A stretch of 64,000 nt of DNA. Origin: Hydrurus foetidus (lineage: Eukaryota). Where the stretch lies: assembly GCA_900617105.1 (NCBI GenBank), contig UYFQ01000478.1, positions 62,001-126,000 of the forward strand. Direction: 5' to 3'. Position numbers and translations under genes: made by a program. Under the pieces are notes generated by a model that was given only the letters and a program-made list of their open reading frames with translations, was not told the origin of the DNA and ran no database searches. This document shows, one piece after another, positions 55,126-64,000 of this stretch (position 1 is its first letter; each line of letters opens with the position of its first letter).

Positions 55126-55385
55126 TTACGACTTCAGCAACTTGTGCAGGACACCCAGCTTGCGGCCAATGCCGTTCATGTCCGTTTCGGCAATCCCGAA
55201 AAACGCGCCCAGCACTGACTTTTTTCGCAACGCCGCAGTTAGCGCCTGCCTCGCAGCTTCATATCCTGTTGGTCGTTCATGGGGCTTCCATTGTTCGCAG
55301 TATCCGAACTCAGAACCAGGATCACAACCAACGATTACTAACGCAGCTTGCTTGACTGTGAACTTCTCACACAGCCTTCAATGGT
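55126..55385 (-). pseudogene. Remnant of an integrative-element hypothetical gene
   Basis: DH*RLCEKFTVKQAALVIVGCDP..GYEAARQAL reading frame with a probable TGG>TGA stop; low GC. Confidence 0.35.
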
Positions 55386-55613
55386 CAGAAATTTCATGCG
55401 CAGCCCGAAGATCAACGAGGTGCGCTGTGCGGTTGTCACGTCCCGTTCGGCCAGACCGACTGCGACCGCATCAAAGGTGTAGGTCAGTGGCACAGAGCCC
55501 CTTTTGGCGGTATGTCATGTTTCCGCCTGATACCCAATGAGGCAAAAAAAATCCGCTGTAGCTCTACGCCACGCGGGTTTTAAGGTGTTCTGACACGTTG
55601 TAAAACGGTCGGT

Positions 55614-55689
55614 TGGTGCGGCTGGCGGGGATCGAACCCACGACCCTTGGCTTCGGAGGCCAATACTCTATCCACTGAGCTACAGCCGC
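55614..55689 (-). tRNA. tRNA-Arg (anticodon CCG)
   Basis: GCGGCTGTAGCTCAGTGGATAGAG-TA-TTGGC-CTCCGAA-GCCAA..GGTTCGATCCC..GCCGCACCA. Confidence 0.97.
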
Positions 55690-55781
55690 GTCCAGAAGAA
55701 GGCGCATTGTAGGTGTTTTCACAGAGGCCCCCGTTATAATCCCGAGCTGTTTCAAAGCACCCGATATTTTTGAGGACATCC

Positions 55782-56312
55782 ATGAGCGACAACAGCCACG
55801 CCACAGCGCACGATGAGGCACACACCGGCCCCATCAAGACCCCCAAGCAAATGCTGTTGGCGGCATTTTTCTCGTTCGTGATTCCCATCTTCGTGATCAT
55901 CGGCTTGGTGTACTACGTCACATCCGACTTCAAGCCCGCTGCCGGCACCGTGAACATGGACAAGTCCACCGCAGAACGCATCCAAAAGGTCGGCATGGTC
56001 GAAATTCGCGACGCCAACCGCGAAATGAAGACGGGCGAACAGGTCTTTAAGGCCCAATGCTCCGCTTGCCACGCGACCGGTGCCGCTGGCGCGCCCAAGT
56101 TTGGCGATGCTGCTGCTTGGGGCCCTCGCATCAAGTCCGGCTTGGACGCCTTGCTCCACTCCGCCCTCAAGGGCAAGGGTGCGATGGGCGCTCAGGGCGG
56201 TGGTGATTTCGATGACTTCGAAGTAGCGCGCGCTGTGGTCTACATGGCCAACGCCGGCGGTGCCAAGTTCAACGAACCCAAGCAGGCCGCAGCGCCTGAA
56301 GCTGCCAAGTAA
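55782..56312 (+). CDS. Cytochrome c5 family
   Basis: TM helix, CSACH, GAPKFGD..AW..RI and GKGAM. Confidence 0.92.
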   Translation: MSDNSHATAHDEAHTGPIKTPKQMLLAAFFSFVIPIFVIIGLVYYVTSDFKPAAGTVNMDKSTAERIQKVGMVEIRDANREMKTGEQVFKAQCSACHATGAAGAPKFGDAAAWGPRIKSGLDALLHSALKGKGAMGAQGGGDFDDFEVARAVVYMANAGGAKFNEPKQAAAPEAAK

Positions 56313-56345
56313 GCCTGGCACGCCAGGCCTTTCGGGCCTTGCAGC

Positions 56346-56374
56346 AAAAAGCCGACCCAAGGGTCGGTTTTTTT
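56346..56374. terminator. Intrinsic terminator
   Basis: AAAAAGCCGACC-CAAG-GGTCGGTTTTTTT. Confidence 0.8.
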
Positions 56375-56375
56375 T

Positions 56376-56437
56376 ATGGTCTTTTGGGCCTCTGGCCCCC
56401 GTGGAATATGCGCCAGCAGCTATTAAAAATATAGCGA
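56376..56437 (+). repeat. Dispersed ~60-bp repeat, intergenic
   Basis: GGGCCTCTGGCCCCCGTGGAATATGCGCCAGCAGCTATTAAAAATATAGCG. Confidence 0.85.
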
Positions 56438-56980
56438 CTAGGGCTTGCTATGCACCGCCGCCGGGCTGGTGACGTAGCCAAAACGGGCAGGCAACTCTGC
56501 CCTTGCCACCTCTTCCAGCGCCCACTGCCCCGTCTCCAGCGCGCGCGCCGCGTTCTCCATGTCCTGCGTGTGCACCAGGCCCAAGCCCAGCGCGGTGTGC
56601 AGGTAGAGCCAGCCGTGCTCGTCCAACAGCGCGCCTAGCACCTGCGCAGGCACACCCGAGTGCGCCGCCACGGTCAGGTTGTCCGCCACCCGCCACACCC
56701 AGGGCGTGGCCTCCAGCTCCACATAGACGCGCTGCGGCCCGTTCTGGAAGAACCACTGGCCTGCGGCATCGGCCGCGTAGTTGCGCTGGATGAAGTCGAT
56801 CAGCTTTTCGTGCTGCAGCAGGCTGCCCTTGGCGCCGGGCCGGCCACTGCTGAAAGCTCCCGAGGCCTGGGCACCGTCGTCGCGCATGTACCAGTTGCCT
56901 CGCGCGTCCAGGCCCAGCCAGCCGTAGCAGTGCGGCACGTTGGGCCACTTGGCCATGGCTTGTTTGACGATGTCGTCCAC
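56438..56980 (-). CDS. DUF2946-like conserved protein
   Basis: MDDIVKQAMAKWPNVPHCYGWLGLDARG and FQNGPQRVYVEL; GTG start. Confidence 0.75.
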   Translation of the reverse strand: MDDIVKQAMAKWPNVPHCYGWLGLDARGNWYMRDDGAQASGAFSSGRPGAKGSLLQHEKLIDFIQRNYAADAAGQWFFQNGPQRVYVELEATPWVWRVADNLTVAAHSGVPAQVLGALLDEHGWLYLHTALGLGLVHTQDMENAARALETGQWALEEVARAELPARFGYVTSPAAVHSKP

Positions 56981-56994
56981 GGCAGTTCGTCCTA

Positions 56995-57975
56995 CTACAA
57001 CTGCTGCGCCAGCCAGCCGCCCACGGCGTCGGGCATGGTGCGCACGTGGCCCGGGATGCGCCCGTGCGGAAAGCCCACGTGACCGCCATGCGCGGGCTGC
57101 CACAGGGTGACGTGTCGGCCCACGTCGGCCTGCGAGGGCAGGCACCAAGCGGGCACAAAGGGGTCATTGCGCGCGTTCACCACCAGCGCGGGGATACGGA
57201 TGCGGTGCAGGTGCGGCTTGGCGGATGCGCGGCCCCAATAGTCTTCGGTACTTTTGAAACCGTGCAGTGGCGCGGTGAAGATGTTGTCGAACTCGTACAG
57301 GTCGCGCGCGGCCTTGAGCGCCTGGCCGTCGAACAGGCCGGGGTGCTGCTCCAGCTTGCGCAGCGCCTTGGGCACCATGGTGTTGAGGAACATACGGGTG
57401 TAGACCAGCCGGTTGAAGCCGCGGCCAATGGCATAGCCGCCCGCCGCCAGGTCGATAGGCGAGCACACCGCCGCTACGCTGCTGGCCACTTGGGCCGCGC
57501 TGTCGCCCATCTCCTGCGCCCAGCGCAACAAGGCGTTGCCGCCCAGCGACACGCCTACCGCGATGATGGGGCCGCGGTGTTGGGCGCGAAACTTGGCCAG
57601 GATCCAGCCAATTTCTTCATAGTCGCCCGAGTGGTAGGCGCGCGGCCCAAGGTTCAGATCGCCGCTGCAGCCTCGGAAATGCGGCACCGCGTAGGCGAAG
57701 CCGCGCGCTTGGGCAAAGTCGGCAAAGGCCTCGGAGTAGTGGCTGCGCGAGCTGCCCTCCAACCCGTGGAACAACACCAGCAACGGGCGCTCCGCTGCGG
57801 TGGGGGTGGGGGCCTCATCTTCCAGCCAGTCGACATCCACAAAGTCTCCATCGGGCGCAGTCCAGCGTTCACGGCGGTATTGCGGATGCTGCCCAAACAC
57901 GCGGCGCGAGTACAGCGCGGGCCAAATGGTTTGCAGATTGCCACCGGGCAGCCAACGAGGCGCTACATAATTCAT
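56995..57975 (-). CDS. YheT family alpha/beta hydrolase
   Basis: HGLEGSS, FRGCSG, GVSLGG, NDPFV and GGHVGF. Confidence 0.9.
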   Translation of the reverse strand: MNYVAPRWLPGGNLQTIWPALYSRRVFGQHPQYRRERWTAPDGDFVDVDWLEDEAPTPTAAERPLLVLFHGLEGSSRSHYSEAFADFAQARGFAYAVPHFRGCSGDLNLGPRAYHSGDYEEIGWILAKFRAQHRGPIIAVGVSLGGNALLRWAQEMGDSAAQVASSVAAVCSPIDLAAGGYAIGRGFNRLVYTRMFLNTMVPKALRKLEQHPGLFDGQALKAARDLYEFDNIFTAPLHGFKSTEDYWGRASAKPHLHRIRIPALVVNARNDPFVPAWCLPSQADVGRHVTLWQPAHGGHVGFPHGRIPGHVRTMPDAVGGWLAQQL

Positions 57976-58020
57976 AGCTGCTTGCGCATATTCCATGGGG
58001 GCTAGAGGCCTTTTTTATTC
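57961..58020 (-). repeat. Dispersed ~60-bp repeat overlapping the YheT start
   Basis: Reverse complement AAAAGGCCTCTAGCCCCCATGGAATATGCGCAAGCAGCTATGAATTATGTAGCG. Confidence 0.85.
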
Positions 58021-58474
58021 AATGCAGCACCTGAGGCGGGTGCTGGGTCTCGGACGCATCGCCGGGCGTGCCCGGGCTGGCGTGGTGCACGACCAGGCGC
58101 CAGCCTTGCGGGGTCTTGTGATAAACATTGGTGGCCAGCACATGGGCGTGGGCGGGGCCCTCTGCGGTCATCACGTTCACCTTCTCCAGTACGTGGTGCA
58201 CAGCACTGGCCAGCGAGTCAACACGGCGGATGTGCTCGGCCTGCACATGGATGGCGCCACCGTGGGCAAACAGGGCCTCAAACGCCGCGCGGATGGCCCC
58301 GGCTCCGAGGATGCGTGGGCCACCGGGGTGGATGCAGACGATGTCGTCCTCATCGGCCCAGCAGGCCATGAGCTTCTCGACGTCACCGGCCTGCAAGGCT
58401 TCGTAAAACGCGGCTTCCACGTCGTCCGGGGTTCCGCCCATGGCGGCATGGAGTTTGGCTTTGTGTCGGGGCAT
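58019..58474 (-). CDS. SnoaL/NTF2-like protein
   Basis: AFYEAL, CIHPG and ATNVY..GWRLVVHHAS. Confidence 0.85.
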   Translation of the reverse strand: MPRHKAKLHAAMGGTPDDVEAAFYEALQAGDVEKLMACWADEDDIVCIHPGGPRILGAGAIRAAFEALFAHGGAIHVQAEHIRRVDSLASAVHHVLEKVNVMTAEGPAHAHVLATNVYHKTPQGWRLVVHHASPGTPGDASETQHPPQVLH

Positions 58475-58541
58475 GCCGCGATTCTCTCCCAAGTCCGGTG
58501 GCGCTCTATAGTATGTGGTGTTGCATTAGCAGGAGGTTCAC

Positions 58542-59147
58542 ATGCGGTTGTCTTCTTTTCGGGGTTGGTCGTGGTTGGCAGCAGGTGCGGCAGCCGCGCT
58601 GTTGAGCGGGTGTGGGTACAACGATTTTCAGCGGCTGGACGAGCAGACCAAGTCGGCGTGGAGCGAGGTGCTGAACCAGTACCAGCGCCGGGCCGACCTG
58701 GTGCCCAACATTGTCGCCACGGTCAAAGGCGAGGCCGCCTTCGAGCAAGACACGCTGACCAAGGTGGTAGAAGCCCGCGCCAGGGCCACCTCCATCCAGG
58801 TGACACCCGAGACGTTGAACAACCCCGAAGCCATGGCCAAGTTCCAAGCCGCACAAGGCGAGTTGGGCGGCGCCCTGAGCCGACTGATGGTGGTGAGCGA
58901 GCAATATCCCAATCTGAAAGCCAACCAGGGCTTTAGCGACCTGCGCGTGCAGCTTGAGGGCACCGAGAACCGCATCACCGTGGCGCGCAACCGCTACATC
59001 CAAGCGGTGCAGGAGTACAACGTGCTGGCACGCAGCTTCCCCAGCAACCTGACGGCGATGGTGTTCAGCTACCAGGCCAAGCCGGTCTTCACGGTACAAA
59101 ACGAAGCCACCATCAGCACACCGCCGGTGGTGGACTTCAAGAAGTAA
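58542..59147 (+). CDS. lemA: LemA family protein
   Basis: GYN, QYQRRADLVPN, YPNLKA and LEGTENRI. Confidence 0.93.
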   Translation: MRLSSFRGWSWLAAGAAAALLSGCGYNDFQRLDEQTKSAWSEVLNQYQRRADLVPNIVATVKGEAAFEQDTLTKVVEARARATSIQVTPETLNNPEAMAKFQAAQGELGGALSRLMVVSEQYPNLKANQGFSDLRVQLEGTENRITVARNRYIQAVQEYNVLARSFPSNLTAMVFSYQAKPVFTVQNEATISTPPVVDFKK

Positions 59148-59153
59148 ATCCAG

Positions 59154-60065
59154 ATGCAGCGACGCTCTGGTGAATGGTCCTGGTTGCGGCCCTGGGTTGC
59201 AGTTCTAGCGCTGCTGGTCTGCGCGCCGGCCCTGTGGGCGCAAGAGGTGCAGCCGGTGCCGCCCCTCAGCAGCCACGTGATCGACACAACTGCCACGCTG
59301 AGTGCCGAACAGCGGCAAACGCTGGACGCCAAGCTCACCGCCTTCCAGGGCAGCAGCGGTGCGCAGGTCGTGGTGCTGGTGGTGCCCAGCACGGCGCCGG
59401 AAGATATTGCCAGCTACGCCAACCGCGTAGGCAATGCCTGGAAAATAGGCCGCAAGGAGATTGGCGATGGCCTGATCCTGCTGGTGGCCAAGAATGACCG
59501 CAAGCTGCGCATCGAGGTGGCCAAATCGCTGGAAGGCGCCATCCCGGACCTCATGGCCAAACGCGTGATTGACCAGGCCATTGCACCGCGCTTCAAGGAA
59601 GGCGACTTCGCCGGCGGTATCGATGCCGGGCTGGAACAGATCATGGGACTGATCCGCGGTGAGGCCTTGCCCGCCCCGCAGGCCGCAACGAATACTGCGG
59701 GCCAGGCAGGTTTCCAGTGGATGGACCTGGCGGTATTTCTGTTCTTCGCCGTAGCTATTGGCGGCAGCATGGTCCGCAAAATTTTGGGCAACAAGCTTGG
59801 CTCGCTGGCCGTCGGCGGCATCGCCGGCACGGTGGCCATGGTGGTGACGGCCAGCGTCGTGCTAGCGGTGTTGGCAGGCGTTGCCGCCGTCGTATTGACC
59901 TTGCTGAGCAGCCTCAACGGTGGTAACCGGGGTGGCGGCTCCTGGGGTGGTGGAGGCCTGGGTGGAGGTCGCGGCGGCTGGGGCTCTGGCTCCAGTGGCG
60001 GTGGCGGCTTCAGCTCCGGCGGGGGTGGCAATTTTGGGGGCGGTGGCGCCTCCGGGGGCTGGTAA
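59154..60065 (+). CDS. TPM domain protein with Gly-rich tail (YgcG-like)
   Basis: WKIGRK, RIEVAKSLEG and GGGGNFGGGGASGGW. Confidence 0.88.
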   Translation: MQRRSGEWSWLRPWVAVLALLVCAPALWAQEVQPVPPLSSHVIDTTATLSAEQRQTLDAKLTAFQGSSGAQVVVLVVPSTAPEDIASYANRVGNAWKIGRKEIGDGLILLVAKNDRKLRIEVAKSLEGAIPDLMAKRVIDQAIAPRFKEGDFAGGIDAGLEQIMGLIRGEALPAPQAATNTAGQAGFQWMDLAVFLFFAVAIGGSMVRKILGNKLGSLAVGGIAGTVAMVVTASVVLAVLAGVAAVVLTLLSSLNGGNRGGGSWGGGGLGGGRGGWGSGSSGGGGFSSGGGGNFGGGGASGGW

Positions 60066-60580
60066 TGATTCAACGACTGCAACGCCTCTTCAAACACCGC
60101 TGGATGGAAGACGCCAACCGGATGCTGCCACCCGATGCACTGCAACGCCTGCAGGCCCACGTGGCGACCAGCGAAAGACTGCACTCGGGCGAAATCCGTA
60201 TCTGCGTGGAAGCAGGCCTTCCCAATAGCTATCTGCTGCGCCCCGACACCACGGCCGCGCTGCTGCGGCAACGTGCGCTGGCGCAGTTTGGTCGTCTGCG
60301 GGTGTGGGACACCGAGCACAACAACGGCGTGCTGATTTACCTGTGCCTGGCCGAGCGCGCCATCGAACTGGTGGCCGACCGGGGCGTGGACCGGGTCGTG
60401 CCCACCGCAGATTGGCAAGCCATGGTCCAACAGCTGGGCACGGCCCTGCGACTCGGCCAGGTTGAACAGGGGCTGACCCAGTCCATTGACGCGGTATGCC
60501 GCGTGCTCGCACAGCATTTTTCGCTGCAACCCGGGCAAGACAATCCCAACGAATTGCCGGACGCCCCGGTTCTGTCTTAG
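60065..60580 (+). CDS. TPM domain protein
   Basis: HSGEIRICVE, NNGVLIY, ADRG and NELPD. Confidence 0.85.
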   Translation: MIQRLQRLFKHRWMEDANRMLPPDALQRLQAHVATSERLHSGEIRICVEAGLPNSYLLRPDTTAALLRQRALAQFGRLRVWDTEHNNGVLIYLCLAERAIELVADRGVDRVVPTADWQAMVQQLGTALRLGQVEQGLTQSIDAVCRVLAQHFSLQPGQDNPNELPDAPVLS

Positions 60581-60597
60581 GCAACCCCACAAACAAC

Positions 60598-60619
60598 AAA
60601 ACCGCCCGAAGGCGGTTTT
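60598..60619. terminator. Bidirectional intrinsic terminator
   Basis: AAAACCGCC-CGAA-GGCGGTTTT. Confidence 0.8.
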
Positions 60620-60640
60620 GAGAGGGCAAGCGCAGTGCGC

Positions 60641-61060
60641 TTACTTCTTGCGCAGGAACTTGCGCGCAGCCGTAATCTCAGCCGCCATGATGGCGATCTC
60701 GGACTGAATCTTGGCGATGTCGATTTCGCTCTTGGCGTTCTTCAGCGCCTCTTCGGCAGCGGCCTTGGCCGCATTGGCTTTCTCTTCGTCCAGATCCTTG
60801 CCGCGGATGGCTGTGTCAGACAACACCGTCACGCAGTGGGGCTGCACTTCAAGAATGCCACCGGCCACGAACACAAACTCTTCGCTACCATCGGCCTTCT
60901 GAATGCGCACCGCACCAGGCTTGATGCGCGTGATCAGGGGCGTGTGGCGGGGCTTGATGCCCAGCTCGCCAGCCTCACCAGGAAGCGCAACGAAGACTGC
61001 TTCACCGGAGAAGATGGACTCTTCTGCACTGACCACATCAACATGAATGGTGTTAGTCGT
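60641..61060 (-). CDS. atpC: ATP synthase epsilon subunit (no canonical start at the expected position)
   Basis: [22 protein letters not shown] and GGILEVQP. Confidence 0.93.
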   Translation of the reverse strand, partial: TTNTIHVDVVSAEESIFSGEAVFVALPGEAGELGIKPRHTPLITRIKPGAVRIQKADGSEEFVFVAGGILEVQPHCVTVLSDTAIRGKDLDEEKANAAKAAAEEALKNAKSEIDIAKIQSEIAIMAAEITAARKFLRKK

Positions 61061-61074
61061 TTTCCTAATGGCGC

Positions 61075-62487
<1,413 letters not shown>

Positions 62488-62502
62488 TTAATTTGAATTT
62501 GC

Positions 62503-63387
62503 TTAGCCGCTGATAGCAGCTGCGCCCGACACGATTTCTGACAATTCTTTGGTGATCGCGGCCTGACGGGTTTTGTTGTAAATCAACTTCAACTCGCCAA
62601 TCACGCTACCGGCGTTGTCGGTGGCTGCCTTCATGGCGACCATGCGCGCTGCGTGCTCAGAAGCCATGTTTTCAGCTACCGCTTGGTAGACCAAAGCTTC
62701 TGCGTAGCGCACCAACAGATCATCAATCACAGCCTGGGCATCAGGTTCGTAGATGTAGTCCCAAGCGTGCTGACTGCCACTGGCTTTGGTTTCTGCTTCC
62801 ATCTTGGCCGCAGACAAAGGCAGCAACTGGTCCAGCGTTGCCACTTGGGCCATGGTGCTGACAAACTTGTTGTAGCACAGGTACACCGCGCTGACCTCGC
62901 CCTTGGCGTAGGCATCGAGCAGCACCTTGACGGGGCCGATCAGCTTGTCCAAATGCGGTTTGTCGCCCAAGTGCGTCACATGCGACACCACCTTGGCACC
63001 CATGCGGTTCAGAAAACCCAAACCCTTGCCCCCGATCGCCACCGCTGACGGCGTTTTACCAGCCGCTTGCGTTTCGCGCAGTTTGAGCGTCACGGCGCGC
63101 AGCAGATTGGTATTCAAACCACCGCACAACCCTTTGTCCGTCGTCACCACAATGAAACCCACCGACTTGCCATCGTTGGGTTTCATGAACGCGTGCACGT
63201 ACTCAGGGTTCGCTTGCCCAAGATTGCTCGCAATCGCGCGAATCTTGTCGCTGTACGGACGGGCGGCGCGCATACGCTCCTGCGCACGGCGCATCTTGGA
63301 GACCGAAATCATCTCCATCGCCTTGGTGATCTTCTTGGTGTTTTCCACCGATTTGATCTTGGTGCGTAGTTCCTTGCCTGATGCCAT
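62503..63387 (-). CDS. atpG: ATP synthase gamma subunit
   Basis: [15 protein letters not shown] and [13 protein letters not shown]. Confidence 0.98.
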   Translation of the reverse strand: MASGKELRTKIKSVENTKKITKAMEMISVSKMRRAQERMRAARPYSDKIRAIASNLGQANPEYVHAFMKPNDGKSVGFIVVTTDKGLCGGLNTNLLRAVTLKLRETQAAGKTPSAVAIGGKGLGFLNRMGAKVVSHVTHLGDKPHLDKLIGPVKVLLDAYAKGEVSAVYLCYNKFVSTMAQVATLDQLLPLSAAKMEAETKASGSQHAWDYIYEPDAQAVIDDLLVRYAEALVYQAVAENMASEHAARMVAMKAATDNAGSVIGELKLIYNKTRQAAITKELSEIVSGAAAISG

Positions 63388-63414
63388 CAACGGCTCCTTT
63401 TGGTCAGGTAGAAA

Positions 63415-64000
63415 TTAAGCAAAGCTCTTTTTGAATGCGCCCACAGCAGCAGTCAACTCGACCTCAGCGTCTTTGTCCAAGGCTTTGCTGGATTCCAGCT
63501 TGGCCAACAGGGGCGCGTGCTTGTCTTTAAGGTAAGCGTGCAGGCCGTGTTCGAAAGGCAAGATTTTCTTGATTTCGACATCGTCCATGAAACCCTTGTT
63601 CACTGCAAACAGCGTCGCACCCATCAAGCTGATGGACAGAGGGCTGTATTGAGCTTGCTTCAAGAGTTCCGTCACACGGGCACCACGGTCAAGCTGCTTG
63701 CGAGTGGACTCATCCAGATCGGACGCGAACTGCGCAAAAGCGGCCAACTCACGGTACTGCGCCAAGTCGGTACGGATACCGCCTGACTGGCCCTTGATGA
63801 TCTTGGTCTGAGCAGAGCTACCGACGCGAGACACCGAGATGCCGGCGTTGATCGCAGGGCGGATACCAGCATTGAACAACGAGGTTTCCAAGAAGATCTG
63901 GCCGTCAGTGATCGAAATCACGTTGGTTGGAACGAACGCAGACACGTCACCAGCTTGCGTTTCAATGATCGGCAAAGCCGTCAAAGAACCCGTCTTGCCT
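63415..64000 (-). CDS. atpA: ATP synthase alpha subunit (3' part; runs off the window)
   Basis: [26 protein letters not shown] and FAQFASDLD. Confidence 0.98.
   Translation of the reverse strand, partial: GKTGSLTALPIIETQAGDVSAFVPTNVISITDGQIFLETSLFNAGIRPAINAGISVSRVGSSAQTKIIKGQSGGIRTDLAQYRELAAFAQFASDLDESTRKQLDRGARVTELLKQAQYSPLSISLMGATLFAVNKGFMDDVEIKKILPFEHGLHAYLKDKHAPLLAKLESSKALDKDAEVELTAAVGAFKKSFA

Noticed and set aside
59925..60062. G-rich low-complexity repeat
   Set aside because: Normal Gly-rich tail of TPM/YgcG proteins.

Overview
GC-rich betaproteobacterial chromosome; gene content and order suggest Comamonadaceae (Rhodoferax-like), which is an inference. The backbone carries putA, yggS-pilT-pilU, BON-gmhA/diaA-yraN-rsmI, a dgo/agl sugar-catabolism cluster, pobR-pobA, an RND pump, tRNA-Arg(CCG), cytochrome c5, lemA-TPM-TPM and atpAGDC. 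There are two accessory regions. (1) 414-3882 is an island inside the 3' end of putA, bracketed by two diverged ~407-bp copies of the putA C-terminus. It holds toxin-antitoxin, IS91/ISCR and hlyD remnants, an intact prolyl-4-hydroxylase-like oxygenase and a membrane protein. (2) ~42100-55610 is a decayed defence-type island next to tRNA-Arg. It holds a three-gene RM-like core (short MTase, Eco57I-type MTase, GIY-YIG/SF2 helicase) interleaved with RhuM, ORF6N, Fic and YhcG passengers, a kinase-FHA pseudogene, an unknown+Sir2 pair and a ParE-type TA pair. The most striking unexplained pattern is a dispersed ~60-bp repeat with at least 11 copies. It is translated in-frame inside housekeeping proteins (three times in PutA) and marks rearrangement breakpoints. 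A second pattern is the near-perfect DNA palindromes inside the coding sequence of the RM passenger genes. Clusters of small deletions at ~8.5-9.0 kb and 12.3-12.8 kb may be assembly errors. All functional calls come from motif recognition by eye; no database searches were run.
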